DNA of 64,000 nucleotides from an uncultured Chloroflexia bacterium (GCA_963774265.1 CAVZDU010000006.1:128001-192000), one strand, 5' to 3'; counted from the first letter of the stretch, positions 1-10,189 are shown. Notes: generated from the letters alone by a model not told the origin. Made by a program: numbers and translations.

Positions 1-1550
1 GGCTGCAGGGGATGCTGGAAACGCAGCTGTCGCGGGGCTTCTTCCGCGATGTACTGCCGCCCGACCGTGCTGCCGCTGGGCAGTCCGGTGCTCCAGCGCA
101 AGGCGGGTTACCGCGAACTGCTGCGGTTCTGGCTGCAGTTCCACGCCGGGGCGCAGCTGGCGTGGGATGGCGGTGCGGATGTGTTCGAGGCCGGGGCACG
201 CAACGTGGCGACGCTCTACGAGTACTGGCTGTTCTTCCAGCTGGAGGCGCTCTTCCGCCAGCGCTTCACGTGCGAGCAGCCGCTGCACGCGCTGGTGGTG
301 AACAAGGATCAGGTGCCGCCGCAACTCGAGTTGAAACGGGGCGTCGAGCTGAGGACACCCGTCGCCGGCAGTCTGGTCGAAGACGGCAGGGCGGCATCTG
401 AAGGCGGAGTTCCACTTCAACCGCAAGTACACGCCGCACGCCGACCGGGACCAAGCCGGCAGTTGGACGCGTGGGGTGCAGCCGGACTACACCATCAGCA
501 TCTGGCCGGCGGAATACTCGCAGCAGGAGGCAGAGCAGAACGAACTGATGGTGCACGTGCACTTCGACGCGAAGTATCGCGTGGAGCGGGTGGGCGAGCT
601 TCTGGGCGACTCGTCGGATGATGAAGGCCTTCGAGAAGAGACGCGGAGAGCAAGGACGAGGCACGGACCGCTGGCGAAATACGCGGATCTTCTGAAGATG
701 CACGCCTACCGCGACGCCATTCGGCGCACGGCGGGGGCTTACGTGCTCTATCCGGGCAAACCAGGCGACGGGCAGATGTTCCAGGGCTTCCACGAGGTGC
801 TGCCTGGGCTGGGTGCGTTCGCCATCCGGCCCGACAAGGATGGCAAGCCCGAGGGGATGGCGCGCTGGCGGAGTTCCTCGATCAGGTCATCGAACACCTG
901 GCCAACCGGACCACGGCGCGGGAGCGGGTGAGCTATCACGTCGCCGAATCCTACACCGTGAAGGAAGAACCCGTGCCCTACGGCAGCTCTACAGCTGCCG
1001 GAGTCAGACATCTACGGCAAGGAATACCGGGCGCTGCCTCCGGCGGAAGAGATGGTCCTGGTGGCGTGGTACGAGAACGCTGCACAGCTCGAACTGGCGC
1101 AGGCCGAAGATGGGCTTCATCTATGTGCGGCTGGGCCGGCGGGCGGGTGCACTTCACGTGCATCCGAATCTGGCAGGCGTGCGGCGCGTCGTGATGCGAA
1201 CACATGACGGGATGGTCGCACCCGGATTTCTCAATCTTCGGGAAGCCGGCTTCCGCGTCTTCACGCGGCAGCAGCTGCGCGCGGAGCTCCAGCAGCACGC
1301 CAGGGGCAAGGGCGCTGCCGCATGGGAGGCCGGCGCCGGCGAAGACGACGAGGAGTACATCTACGCCCTGTTCCGCACGAAGCCGGACCCCGCGTCGGCC
1401 GGCCAGAAGTGGAACGGCGATGAACTCATGACGCTGATCGAGAAGTTCGAATCCGATCTGCGGAACAAGCCCGTCGAAAACCTCGGCAGGACGTCCCCTT
1501 ATCCCCGTATTCTGCCGCTGCGCGACGTGCTCAAGGCCCGCGCCAGCTGA
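1..1550 (+). CDS. DUF2357 / PD-(D/E)XK nuclease (McrC-like restriction component), 5' end outside window, split by apparent frameshifts
   Basis: Consecutive ORFs 49..621, 476..931 and 813..1550 give VLQRKAGYRELL, NVATLYEYWLFF, PDYTISIW, HFDAKYR and DLLKMHAYRDAIRRTAGAYVLYPG, typical of DUF2357/DUF524 proteins. Confidence 0.8.
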
Positions 1551-1574
1551 GCCTTGCCCGGCGCCCACTGCGCG

Positions 1575-1628
1575 GACTGTACAGACTTCAAGAGTGTACA
1601 GAGTTCATAAGTGTACAGTCTTGAACCT
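1575..1628. repeat. Three direct repeats with TGTACAG core at 17-bp period; outer copies also form an inverted repeat
   Basis: TGTACAG at 1578, 1595 and 1612 (tgtacagacttcaagag / tgtacagagttcataag / tgtacagtcttgaacct); gactgtaca 1575-1583 is the reverse complement of tgtacagtc 1612-1620. Confidence 0.85.
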
Positions 1629-1660
1629 GCGGTTTCCTTGGAAAATACCCCCCAAACCCA

Positions 1661-1690
1661 TTGACACCCATGTTCTTTTCCCCTTATGAT
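1661..1690 (+). promoter_or_regulatory. sigma70-type promoter upstream of the primase module
   Basis: TTGACA (1661-1666), 18-nt spacer, TATGAT (1685-1690); overlapped by inverted TGTTCT/AGAACA (1671-1676, 1696-1701). Confidence 0.65.
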
Positions 1691-1746
1691 GTCATAGAAC
1701 AATCGTCCGGATTGCTGCGTGGCGCAGAGAGGCAAGGGAGCGAACG

Positions 1747-1815
1747 ATGGGCATCCTGATCAATCAGACGGTGACGGTCGCGCCGGGCGTGGAGCAAGGG
1801 GCCGACCATGTTTGA
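1747..1815 (+). CDS. Putative 22-aa leader ORF overlapping the primase start
   Basis: AAGGGAG SD then ATG at 1747; MGILINQTVTVAPGVEQGADHV*; ORF end overlaps the primase ATG at 1808. Confidence 0.4.
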   Translation: MGILINQTVTVAPGVEQGADHV

Positions 1816-3957
1816 CGCCAGGGCGGCGCTGGCCGCTATCCTGCCCCGCCTGGACCGCGGCGACGCGCCGCCTGCCAGGTGGCCGGACCGCAAGGGTGAA
1901 TACTGGCCGCTGTGTCCTTTCCATCCCGACCGGCATACCGGCAGCTTCACGGTGTCGGAGCAAGGCTACAAATGCTTCAGCTGCAATGCCAGGGGCGGGC
2001 TGGTCGAGCTGGCCAGGCATCTTGGCGTAGACATAAAGTCGTGCAGTCGTGCAGTCGTTTCGGGGGGGGTAGACGGGGGAAATATTTCTTTGGCCGGGTA
2101 CGCGGAGGCGAAGCGCCTGCCCGAGGACTTCCTGGGGAGCGTCTTCGGCATCGCCGAGCGCAAGCGCAGCGGGCGCCTCACCCTGCGCATGCCCTACCTG
2201 GACGAGGGTGGTGCAGAGCTGTGCGTCAGGTATCGCATCGCGCTCGACGGCAGCGACAGGTTCCGCATGGCGGGCAGCAGCAAGCTGAGCCTGTACGGCC
2301 TCTGGCGGCTGGACAAAGCGGCAGAGGATGTGCTGCTGGTCGAAGGCGAAAGCGACACGCAGACGCTCGTCTATCACGGCATCCCGGCCCTGGGCGTGCC
2401 GGGCGCGCAGAACTGGCAGCCGGCCTGGGCCGAACGGGTCGCGGGCCGCATCGTCTATGCCTGGCAGGAGCCCGACGAAGCCGGCCAGAAATTCATCGCC
2501 AGGGTCGGCGCCAGCGTGCCGGGTCTGCGCGTCATTGCCGCACCCGCGGGCTACAAGGACATCTCGGCCGCACATGTCGCGGGCGAGCATGTGCCCGCGC
2601 TGATCGCCCGCCTGAAGGACGCCAGCCAGCCGTACGCGGCGCTGCAGGCCGAGACGCTGGACCAGACCGCCAGGGAAGCCGGGCAGGTCGCCGGCGACCT
2701 GCTGCGTGTACCGTCCATCCTCGACGAGTTCGGCGCCTTGTGCGAGCGCCTGGGCCTGGTCGGAGAAGAGCACAACGCCAGGCTGCTCTACCTGGCCCTG
2801 GTTTCGCGCTTTCTGGAGCGCCCGGTCAGCGTCGTAGTGAAAGGACCCTCCTCGGGCGGCAAGAGCTTTACGGTCGAAACCGTTCTGAAGTGTTTCCCGC
2901 CGGGCGCCTACTATGCGCTGTCGAGCATGAGCGAGCGCGCGTTGGCCTACGATGAGGAGCCGCTGGCCCACCGCTTCCTGGTCATCTACGAAGCCGCGGG
3001 CATGGGCGGTGACCTGGCAACCTACCTGCTGCGCAGCCTGCTGTCCGAAGCGTGCGTGCGGTATCTGACGGTGGAAAGCACCAACGAAGGGATGAAACCA
3101 AAGCTCATCGAGCGGGCCGGACCCACCGGCCTGCTGCTCACGACGACTTGGGCTGCAATCCATCCGGAGAATGAGACCCGGATGCTGTCGCTGACGGTCC
3201 GCGACGACCGCGCCCAGACCGCAAGCGTCTTGCAGGCCCTGGCCGGCCGCGCGAACGGCCGCGAGCCGCAGACTGTGGACCTGGCGCCCTGGCACGCGCT
3301 GCAGACGTGGCTGGCCCTCGCGGGCTGCCACGAGGTCACGATTCCCTACGCGCATGACCTGGCGACTCTGTCCGACCCGCGCGCGGTGCGCATCCGCCGC
3401 GACTTCAGCGCGGTGCTGAGCCTGGTCCGCAGCCATGCCATCCTGCACCAGGCGACGCGGCGCGCGACGAGCGCGGCCGTATCATCGCGACCCTGGACGA
3501 CTACGCAGCCGTCTACGACCTGGCGATCGGAACGGTGAATGAGGGCGTCAAGGCGAGCGTGTCGCTCGCGGTGCGCGCGGCCGTCGACGCGGTGGCCGGG
3601 ATCTACAAAGAGACCGAAAAAGCCGTCTCGATCCAGCAGCTGGCCGGCCGCCTGGGCATCGACGACAGCTCGGCCAGGCGGCGCGTACGTGTCGCGCTGG
3701 AAGCAGAGTACCTGATCGACCTGGCCAACGAGAAGAGCGACCAGCCGGGCAGGATGAGGCATTACGGGAAGGCGATCCGGCTGATGACCGGCGAGCCCAT
3801 GCCCGAAGAGACGAGCGTCCTGCCGTCTCCTGATGATTTGCGAAAAAAATATCCCCCGCCCACCCCCCCCGAAACGACTGCACGACTGCACGACTTTTTG
3901 CCTGGTGCGCCGGATGCGGATGAGGCGGAGCCCGAGCGGGAGGTATTCTACGTGTGA
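1808..3957 (+). CDS. Phage/plasmid-type primase-helicase (CHC2 zinc finger + Toprim + P-loop ATPase + C-terminal wHTH-like region), one apparent frameshift near 3470
   Basis: CPFHxD...CFSC zinc finger; LLVEGESD Toprim motif; Walker A GPSSGGKS; VIYEA Walker B-like motif; continues in ORF 3535..3957 (SIQQLAGRLGIDDSSARRRV, HTH-like). Confidence 0.8.
2035..2092. repeat. Inverted repeat, left copy (36 bp perfect, about 55 bp imperfect), containing GTCGTGCA octamer tandem
   Basis: aaagtcgtgcagtcgtgcagtcgtttcggggggggt (2035-2070) is the exact reverse complement of 3862-3897. Confidence 0.95.
3841..3897. repeat. Inverted repeat, right copy
   Basis: accccccccgaaacgactgcacgactgcacgacttt (3862-3897); similarity continues imperfectly to about 3841. 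Confidence 0.95.
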
Positions 3958-4463
3958 TCGACCTCGCGAGCCTGCTGGTTGCCCTGGAGGAGCGAGGCGT
4001 CTTAATCGCGGCCGCCGGCGTCCGCCTGGTGGTGGACGGCCCGCGCGGCGCGGTGACGCCCGAGCTGCGCGCGGCGATCGAAGCGCACAAGCAGGACCTG
4101 CTGGACTACCTGGCCGGCAAGTTCACCGTGCCCATTCGCCCGGACCCTGACCCGCCCTGGATCGATCCCCGGCCCGAGCTGAAGGGCGACAGCGGGCGCT
4201 GGATGCGGCTGCTGGAGACCGCGCAGGCGCGTGACACGGCGATCTTCGGCATGCTATATGTCCTGCGCCAGATGGGCGCCAGGCTGGAGATCGCGGGCCC
4301 GGACAACTGGACGCTGCTGCCGGAAGGTCCGCTGCCGGGCTGGAAGATCGTGCGCGGGGATGAGATGACCCCTGAGGAGTACGACGACTTCCGCGGGCGC
4401 TACATGCTCCGGCACAACCAGGTGCTCGTCGAGCTGCTAGCCGCGCCCCAAGCGGTCCCGTGA
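3954..4463 (+). CDS. Hypothetical protein with TubC N-terminal docking-domain-like N-terminus
   Basis: [47 protein letters not shown] resembles TubC_N; GTGA overlap with the primase stop. Confidence 0.6.
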   Translation: MIDLASLLVALEERGVLIAAAGVRLVVDGPRGAVTPELRAAIEAHKQDLLDYLAGKFTVPIRPDPDPPWIDPRPELKGDSGRWMRLLETAQARDTAIFGMLYVLRQMGARLEIAGPDNWTLLPEGPLPGWKIVRGDEMTPEEYDDFRGRYMLRHNQVLVELLAAPQAVP

Positions 4464-4489
4464 GGGCGATCCCTCGGATCGCCGAAGTA

Positions 4490-4524
4490 CAGGTGCCGGG
4501 CACTTTTGAAGTGCCCGGCACCTG
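4490..4524. repeat. REP-like palindrome / possible bidirectional terminator between convergent genes
   Basis: caggtgccgggcactt-ttg-aagtgcccggcacctg, perfect 16-bp arms; related copy at 29967-29999. Confidence 0.85.
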
Positions 4525-4531
4525 AGAGCAC

Positions 4532-6083
4532 TCAATGCCGGAAGTGCCGCTCCCCGGTGAACACCATCGCCACCCCGAGCCGGTCGGCCGCGGCGATGGC
4601 CTCCTCGTCGCGCAGCGACCCGCCGGGCTGGATGATCGCGGTGACGCCGGCCGCGGCCGCGGCCTCGATCCCGTCCGGGAACGGGAAGAAGGCATCGGAC
4701 CCCATCACCGACCCCACGGCCCGGTCGCCCGCGCGCGCGCGCGGCCAGGTAGACCGAGTCCACGCGGTTCATCTGCCCCGCGCCCACGCCCACCGTCGCC
4801 GTGCCCTGGACGAACACGATGGCGTTGGATTTGACGTGCTTGGCTGCCAGCCAGGCAAACGCCAGGCCGCGGCGCTCCGCCTCGGTCGGCTAGCGGCGAG
4901 TGACCACCTGCCACGCGGTCTCGTCCACGCCCCGCGTCATCCGGCGTCTGCGCCAGCAGGCCGCCGGCGACCGAGCGCAGCACCAGGCCAGGGCGACTTC
5001 GTCGCCGCCATCCGCGCCACCATCACCCGGCAGTTCTTCTTGTGCTCCGCCAGCCACTCCAGCGCGTCGGGCGTGTAGGCCGGCGCGACCAGCACCTCGA
5101 CGAAAAGCGAGCCGATCTCCTCCACCAGCGCCCGGTCGACCTCCCGGTTGACCGCGATGATCGAGCCGAACGCGGACACCGGGTCGCACGTCGAACGCCA
5201 GCCGGTACGCCTCGACCAGGCTCGCGGCCGACGCCAGCCCGCTGGGGTTGGTGTGCTTGATGATGGCCACCGTCGGCTCAGCGAACTCCTGCGGCATGGC
5301 CCAGGCGGCTTCCAGGTCGACGATGTTGTTGTAGCTCAACTCCTTGCCTTGGAGCTGCTCGAAGGCCGGCGCCGCGCCGGCCCAGCGGTAGAGCGCAGCC
5401 TGCTGGTGCGGGTTCTCGCCGTAGCGCAGCAGTTGCACGCGCTCGGCGGCAAGGGTCAAGGTTGCGGGGCAGGGCCGGGGTTGGCCAGCTTGCAAGCCGT
5501 TGCGACGGTTGCCAGCCAGTCGCAGATCGCCGCATCGTACGCCGCGGTGTGCCGGAAGGCCTTCAGCGCCAGGCTGCGGCGCCGGTCCTGCGTGAGCGCT
5601 CGCCCGACCGCAGCCTGCGACGCCAGCACCGCGGCGTAATCGGCCGGATCGCAGACCACCGCCACCGATTCGAAGTTCTTGGCCGCAGCGCGCAGCAGCG
5701 TCACCCCGCCGATGTCGATCTCTTCGACCGCCTCCGGCTCGGTCACGCCCGGCTTCGCCACGGTCGCCGCAAAGGGATACAGGTTGCAGACCACCAGGTC
5801 GACGGGCGCGATGCCGTGGCCGGCCAGCTCGGCCAGGTGCTCCGGCGTGCGGCGGGCCAGGATGCCGCCGTGAATGGCCGGATGCAGCGTCTTGACGCGG
5901 CCGCCCAGGATCTCCGGGAAGCCGGTGACCTGGTCCACCTGGGTGACCGGGCAGGCCGGCCGCGGCCAACGCTCGCGCGGTGCCGCCGGAAGCAACCAAC
6001 TCGAAGCCCAGCTCGACCAGCCCGCGGGCCAGGTCGACCAGGCCGGTCTTATCATAAACACTCAAGATGGCACGTGGCGACAT
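4532..6083 (-). CDS. purH: Bifunctional AICAR transformylase/IMP cyclohydrolase, split by several apparent frameshifts
   Basis: [76 protein letters not shown] and TGERHFRH across overlapping ORFs. Confidence 0.95.
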
Positions 6084-6149
6084 TAATCGATCCTTTCCTC
6101 AGCAGGATCAGTTATTGGAATTTCCGACCCCTTCTTTCAGACTTCCAGT

Positions 6150-6911
6150 TCAGAGCATCACCGCCGACGCCAGCGAACAGGGCCCGATGGCGCACTTGCC
6201 GCACGCGTCCGCCAAGCCGGAGCTCTTCGCCAGGCCGAGCAGGCGGCGGTTGCAGCGCTGCTTGTCGATCGCCCCATCGATTGAGAGGGCGTCAACAGGG
6301 CAGCGATCGATGCATTCCCGGCAACTGCCGTCGTAGAAGGCCAGACACCGCTCCTTGGGGGCCGGCGGCGTGAAGCTGATGTCGGCGTCGAGGACAAGGC
6401 TGCCAAAACGCCCGGCGCACCCGGAATCGGTGATCACCATTCGGTGGAGGCCGAAGCTCCCCAGCCCGGCGATGACCGCTGCGCTCTTGTGCGACCACCG
6501 GCAGATCAGGGTGTCCGGATCGTAGTTGTGAGTCGCGGGAGCGGCGGCGGCTCGCACGCCCTGCGCGGCCAGCGCGTCAATCAGGCGCCCTGTGATCCGC
6601 CCGATGAGCGCGTTCGTCTCCAGGTAGGCCACGGGCCACTCGGGCGCAACCTTGCTCCGATCCTGTGAGTTCGCCTCGATCACTGACGCCGTGAAGGGCA
6701 GGAAGAAGGCCACCACCGTGCGGGCGTCCGGCAGCATCTCCTCGGGCAGAAAGTGCGTCGGCTCGACAATGCGCTGCAGATCGTGGAAGCGTGGGTCTGC
6801 CGCAGAAACAAAGCCCACCAGCGGCTCACGGTAGGCGGTGACGTTGCCGGAGTTCGTCACCTCGCGCCTGATCGACTCAACGATGAATTCCTTCAGTTCC
6901 TGAGACTCCAT
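6150..6911 (-). CDS. Epoxyqueuosine reductase (QueG)-like 4Fe-4S protein
   Basis: WSHKSAAVIAGLGSFG, GCAGRFGS, CxxCxxxCP and CGKC cysteine motifs. Confidence 0.75.
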   Translation of the reverse strand: MESQELKEFIVESIRREVTNSGNVTAYREPLVGFVSAADPRFHDLQRIVEPTHFLPEEMLPDARTVVAFFLPFTASVIEANSQDRSKVAPEWPVAYLETNALIGRITGRLIDALAAQGVRAAAAPATHNYDPDTLICRWSHKSAAVIAGLGSFGLHRMVITDSGCAGRFGSLVLDADISFTPPAPKERCLAFYDGSCRECIDRCPVDALSIDGAIDKQRCNRRLLGLAKSSGLADACGKCAIGPCSLASAVML

Positions 6912-7117
6912 CGTGCACCTCTCTCTTGCCACAGCGCAGATGACTGGCGCATCTGCACCGTACTGATATATTTATCATATATCAAAGTGGGTAAACCGTC
7001 AATCCGCCAATAATGAATGGAGGTTGTTCGAATTCCTGGCCCGGCTTACAGAACCAGGGCGGCTGTGCACGTACAATGTGACGCGTTGCGGGCGAACCGG
7101 GGCTAGTAGGAGCTTGT

Positions 7118-8149
7118 ATGAAATACCGATTGTTGGGCAAGAGTGGCTTGCGGGTGTCTGAGTTGGCGCTGGGTACGATGACGTTCGGTGAAACCTGGGG
7201 TTGGGGCGCATCGAAGGATGTATCCCGGCAGATCTTCGACGGCTATGCCTCCGCGGGCGGCAATTTCATCGACACAGCCAATCGCTACACGGAGGGTGTG
7301 AGCGAGGAATATGTCGGGGAGTTCATCGCCGCCGACCGCGGCCATTTCGTCGTCGCGACAAAGTACACCCTCTTCAGCCGCCGCGACGACCCGAACGCGA
7401 GTGGCAACCACCGCAAGAACATGGTCCAGTCGCTCGAAGCGAGCCTGAAGCGGCTGGGGACCGACTACGTCGACTTGTTTTATGTCCATGCCTGGGACTA
7501 CACCACCCCCGTGGATGAGGTGATGCGCGGGCTGGACGATCTGGTCCGCGCGGGCAAGGTGCTGCACGCCGGCATCTCCGATACGCCCGCGTGGGTCGTG
7601 TCGCAGGCGAACATGCTGGCGGAACTGCGCGGCTGGTCGCGTTTCGTCAGCCTGCAGATTCGCTACAGCCTGTTGGACCGCGCGGCGGAGCGCGACCTGC
7701 TCCCCATGGCGAGCAGCCTGGACCTCGCCGTCACGCCGTGGAGCGTCCTCGGTGCAGGCGTGCTGTCCGGCAAGTATGGCCGCGATCGGGGCGGCGCCGT
7801 ACAGGGCCGTGCGGCCCGTTGGGAGCTCAAGGACCGCGACTTCTCTATCGCGGAGGCGGTGGCCACGGTTGCTGGCGAGATTGGGTGCGCAGCCAGCCAG
7901 GTTGCGATCAACTGGGTGCGCCAACAGCCCGGGACGCTGATCCCGCTCATCGGCGCGCGCACGGTCGAGCAGTTGCGCGATAATCTGGCCAGCCTGGACA
8001 ACCCGCTGACGCCCGAACAGATCGCTCGGCTGGATGAGGCCAGCGCCATCGAGCTCGGCTTCCCGCACGACTTCCTCGCGTCCAACGAGGTTCGGGACCT
8101 GGTCTTCGGCGGGACTTACCATCGTATCGCGCATGGACAGGACATATGA
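7118..8149 (+). CDS. Aldo/keto reductase
   Basis: LGKSGLRVSELALGTMTFG, GGNFIDTANRY, SLKRLGTDYVDL. Confidence 0.95.
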   Translation: MKYRLLGKSGLRVSELALGTMTFGETWGWGASKDVSRQIFDGYASAGGNFIDTANRYTEGVSEEYVGEFIAADRGHFVVATKYTLFSRRDDPNASGNHRKNMVQSLEASLKRLGTDYVDLFYVHAWDYTTPVDEVMRGLDDLVRAGKVLHAGISDTPAWVVSQANMLAELRGWSRFVSLQIRYSLLDRAAERDLLPMASSLDLAVTPWSVLGAGVLSGKYGRDRGGAVQGRAARWELKDRDFSIAEAVATVAGEIGCAASQVAINWVRQQPGTLIPLIGARTVEQLRDNLASLDNPLTPEQIARLDEASAIELGFPHDFLASNEVRDLVFGGTYHRIAHGQDI

Positions 8150-9324
8150 GACGCCTGGGATTGGCCCTTCTGCTGGGCAGTGCACTCGCTGCGCTTGCCG
8201 TTTTCGCTGCATGCACAAGCAGCGCACCGGCGCCCGCGCCCGTTTCTGTCGTCACGGCGGCGCCCGAGGCCAGCGCAGCGCTGACCGCCACACCGGTCGC
8301 TACAACTGCACCGGCGGCCACAGCCACCGTGACAGCTACGCAAACGCCGACCGCGACGGCCACGCAAACACCCTCGCCCACGGCAACTGTCACGCCAACG
8401 CAGACCCCAACGCCAATGAATCCGTTGGCGATCGAGGCCATGCGGCAGGCAGACTATCCCGGCAGCGATATCGTGATCGAGCAGACCCTGGAGGCGGGCG
8501 CGAACTACGCGCGCTACCTGGCGTCGTACCGGTCGGAGGGGCTGAAGATCTACGCGCTGCTCACCGTGCCGAACGGGACGACACCCGCGACGGGCTGGCC
8601 GGTGATCGTCTTCAACCACGGCTACATCCCGCCCGAGCAGTACCGGACCACCGAACGTTATGTCGCATACGTGGATGGGTTCGCACGTAACGGGTACATC
8701 GTCTTCCGGCCGGATTTCCGCGGGCACGGCAACTCCGAAGGTGAGGCGCACGGGGGCTACGGCAGCCCGGACTACACGATCGACGTGCTCAACGCGGTGG
8801 CCTCGCTCAAGAAGTACGCGGACGCGGACCCGAACCGGATCGGCATGTGGGGTCATTCCATGGGCGGGCACGTCACCCTGCGCGCGATGGTCACAACGAA
8901 GGACATCAAAGCAGGCGTGATCTGGGCGGGCGTGGTGGCCTCCTACCCCGACATGATGAACAACTGGCGCCGGCCCTCCAACGCACCGCCGCTGAACATT
9001 CCGGAGCGCGCGCGGCGCTGGCGGGAGGAGTTCATCGAGCAATACGGCACGCCGGAGGAGAACCCCGCGTTTTGGGCCTCCATCTCGCCGGTAGCGTACG
9101 CGGCCGACCTGTCGGGGCCAGTGCAGTTACAACATGCCACCGGAGATGCCGAAGTGCCGGTGCAGTTCTCGCGCGACGTGGCGCAGCAGATAGCGCAGGC
9201 CGGCGGTGTGGTGGAATACTACGAGTACCAGGGCGACAATCACAACATCTCGGGGAACTTCAACACCGCGATGCAGCGCTCGCTCGCCTTCTTTGACAAG
9301 TATGTTAAAAACGTGCCGGGCTAA
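8146..9324 (+). CDS. Exported (probable lipoprotein) alpha/beta hydrolase, S9 peptidase-like, with Thr/Pro-rich linker
   Basis: Signal peptide ending FAAC, TATATQTP linker, WGHSMGG nucleophile elbow, C-terminal DxxV and H motifs. Confidence 0.85.
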   Translation: MRRLGLALLLGSALAALAVFAACTSSAPAPAPVSVVTAAPEASAALTATPVATTAPAATATVTATQTPTATATQTPSPTATVTPTQTPTPMNPLAIEAMRQADYPGSDIVIEQTLEAGANYARYLASYRSEGLKIYALLTVPNGTTPATGWPVIVFNHGYIPPEQYRTTERYVAYVDGFARNGYIVFRPDFRGHGNSEGEAHGGYGSPDYTIDVLNAVASLKKYADADPNRIGMWGHSMGGHVTLRAMVTTKDIKAGVIWAGVVASYPDMMNNWRRPSNAPPLNIPERARRWREEFIEQYGTPEENPAFWASISPVAYAADLSGPVQLQHATGDAEVPVQFSRDVAQQIAQAGGVVEYYEYQGDNHNISGNFNTAMQRSLAFFDKYVKNVPG

Positions 9325-9349
9325 CGAAATCAAGAACGCAGGAGGGGAC

Positions 9350-10189
9350 ATGGAGCATTCTTTGTTGGCGGTTTTTGCGCATCCGGACGACGAGGCGTTC
9401 GGGACGGGCGGCACACTGGCACGCTATGCGAGTGCGGGGGTCGCCACAACGCTGGTGTGCGCGACGCGCGGAGAGGCCGGTGAGATCGCCGAGGGGGTCG
9501 AGGCGACCCCGGAGACGCTGGGCCAGGTGCGCGAGGACGAGCTGCGCTGCGCGTCAGACACGATAGGGGTGCGGGAGCTGATCTTCCTGGATTACTGCGA
9601 CTCTGGAATGGCCGGCACAACGGTGAATCAAGACCCGGCGTCATTCATCAACGCGCCGGCCGAAGAGGTTATCTCGCAACTTGTCGGCATCATCCGCCGG
9701 ATCCGGCCGCAGATCGTCATCACCTTCGAGCCGAACGGCGGCTATGGCCACCCCGACCACATCGCGATCCACAAGCACACCGTGGCCGCCTTCCATGCCG
9801 CGGCGGACCCCCATCGCTATCCCGAGCTCGGCCCCGCGTGGCAGGCGCAGCGTCTGTTCTACACCGCGATCCCCCGTTCGTTCTTCCGCCGCATGGCTGA
9901 GGAGATGCGCGGCCTGGGGATGGACATGAGCGAGTACGGATGGCTGGAAGATGCAAACGACGGCGGCTGGCCCGATGAAGAGGTGACCGCGGTGATCGAC
10001 GTGACCGCCACCGTGGAGGCCAAGTGGTCCGCCCTGTACTGCCACCGGACGCAGTTCGGGCCGGGCAACCTGTTCCGCAGGCTGCCCGACGCGACCGTGA
10101 AGGAGCTGATGCGCTACGAGTCCTACGCGCAGGCATGGCCGCCGCGCACGGCTGCTGTACCGGATGACGACCTGTTTGCCGGTCTGTAA
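9350..10189 (+). CDS. PIG-L/LmbE family deacetylase (MshB/Mca-like)
   Basis: FAHPDDE, TRGEAG, GGYGHPDH; SD GGAGG before ATG 9350. Confidence 0.9.
   Translation: MEHSLLAVFAHPDDEAFGTGGTLARYASAGVATTLVCATRGEAGEIAEGVEATPETLGQVREDELRCASDTIGVRELIFLDYCDSGMAGTTVNQDPASFINAPAEEVISQLVGIIRRIRPQIVITFEPNGGYGHPDHIAIHKHTVAAFHAAADPHRYPELGPAWQAQRLFYTAIPRSFFRRMAEEMRGLGMDMSEYGWLEDANDGGWPDEEVTAVIDVTATVEAKWSALYCHRTQFGPGNLFRRLPDATVKELMRYESYAQAWPPRTAAVPDDDLFAGL

Noticed and set aside
1575-1628. TGTACAG repeats as a mini CRISPR array
   Set aside because: The 17-bp period leaves no room for spacers, and no cas genes are present.
1760-3448. Long antisense ORFs (1760..3448, 30052..31794, 16591..17682, 34015..35211, 43693..44949)
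   Set aside because: They lie opposite well-supported genes and have no recognisable motifs, as expected in high-GC DNA.
6150-6911. Assigning the symbol queG or calling it a reductive dehalogenase
   Set aside because: Short QueG-like Fe-S family member with no Tat signal or anchor gene. Function cannot be fixed from sequence.
8260-8415. Repetitive ACG/CCG-rich DNA here and at 48870-49070 as DNA repeat elements
   Set aside because: Explained by Thr/Pro/Ala-rich linkers of exported proteins.
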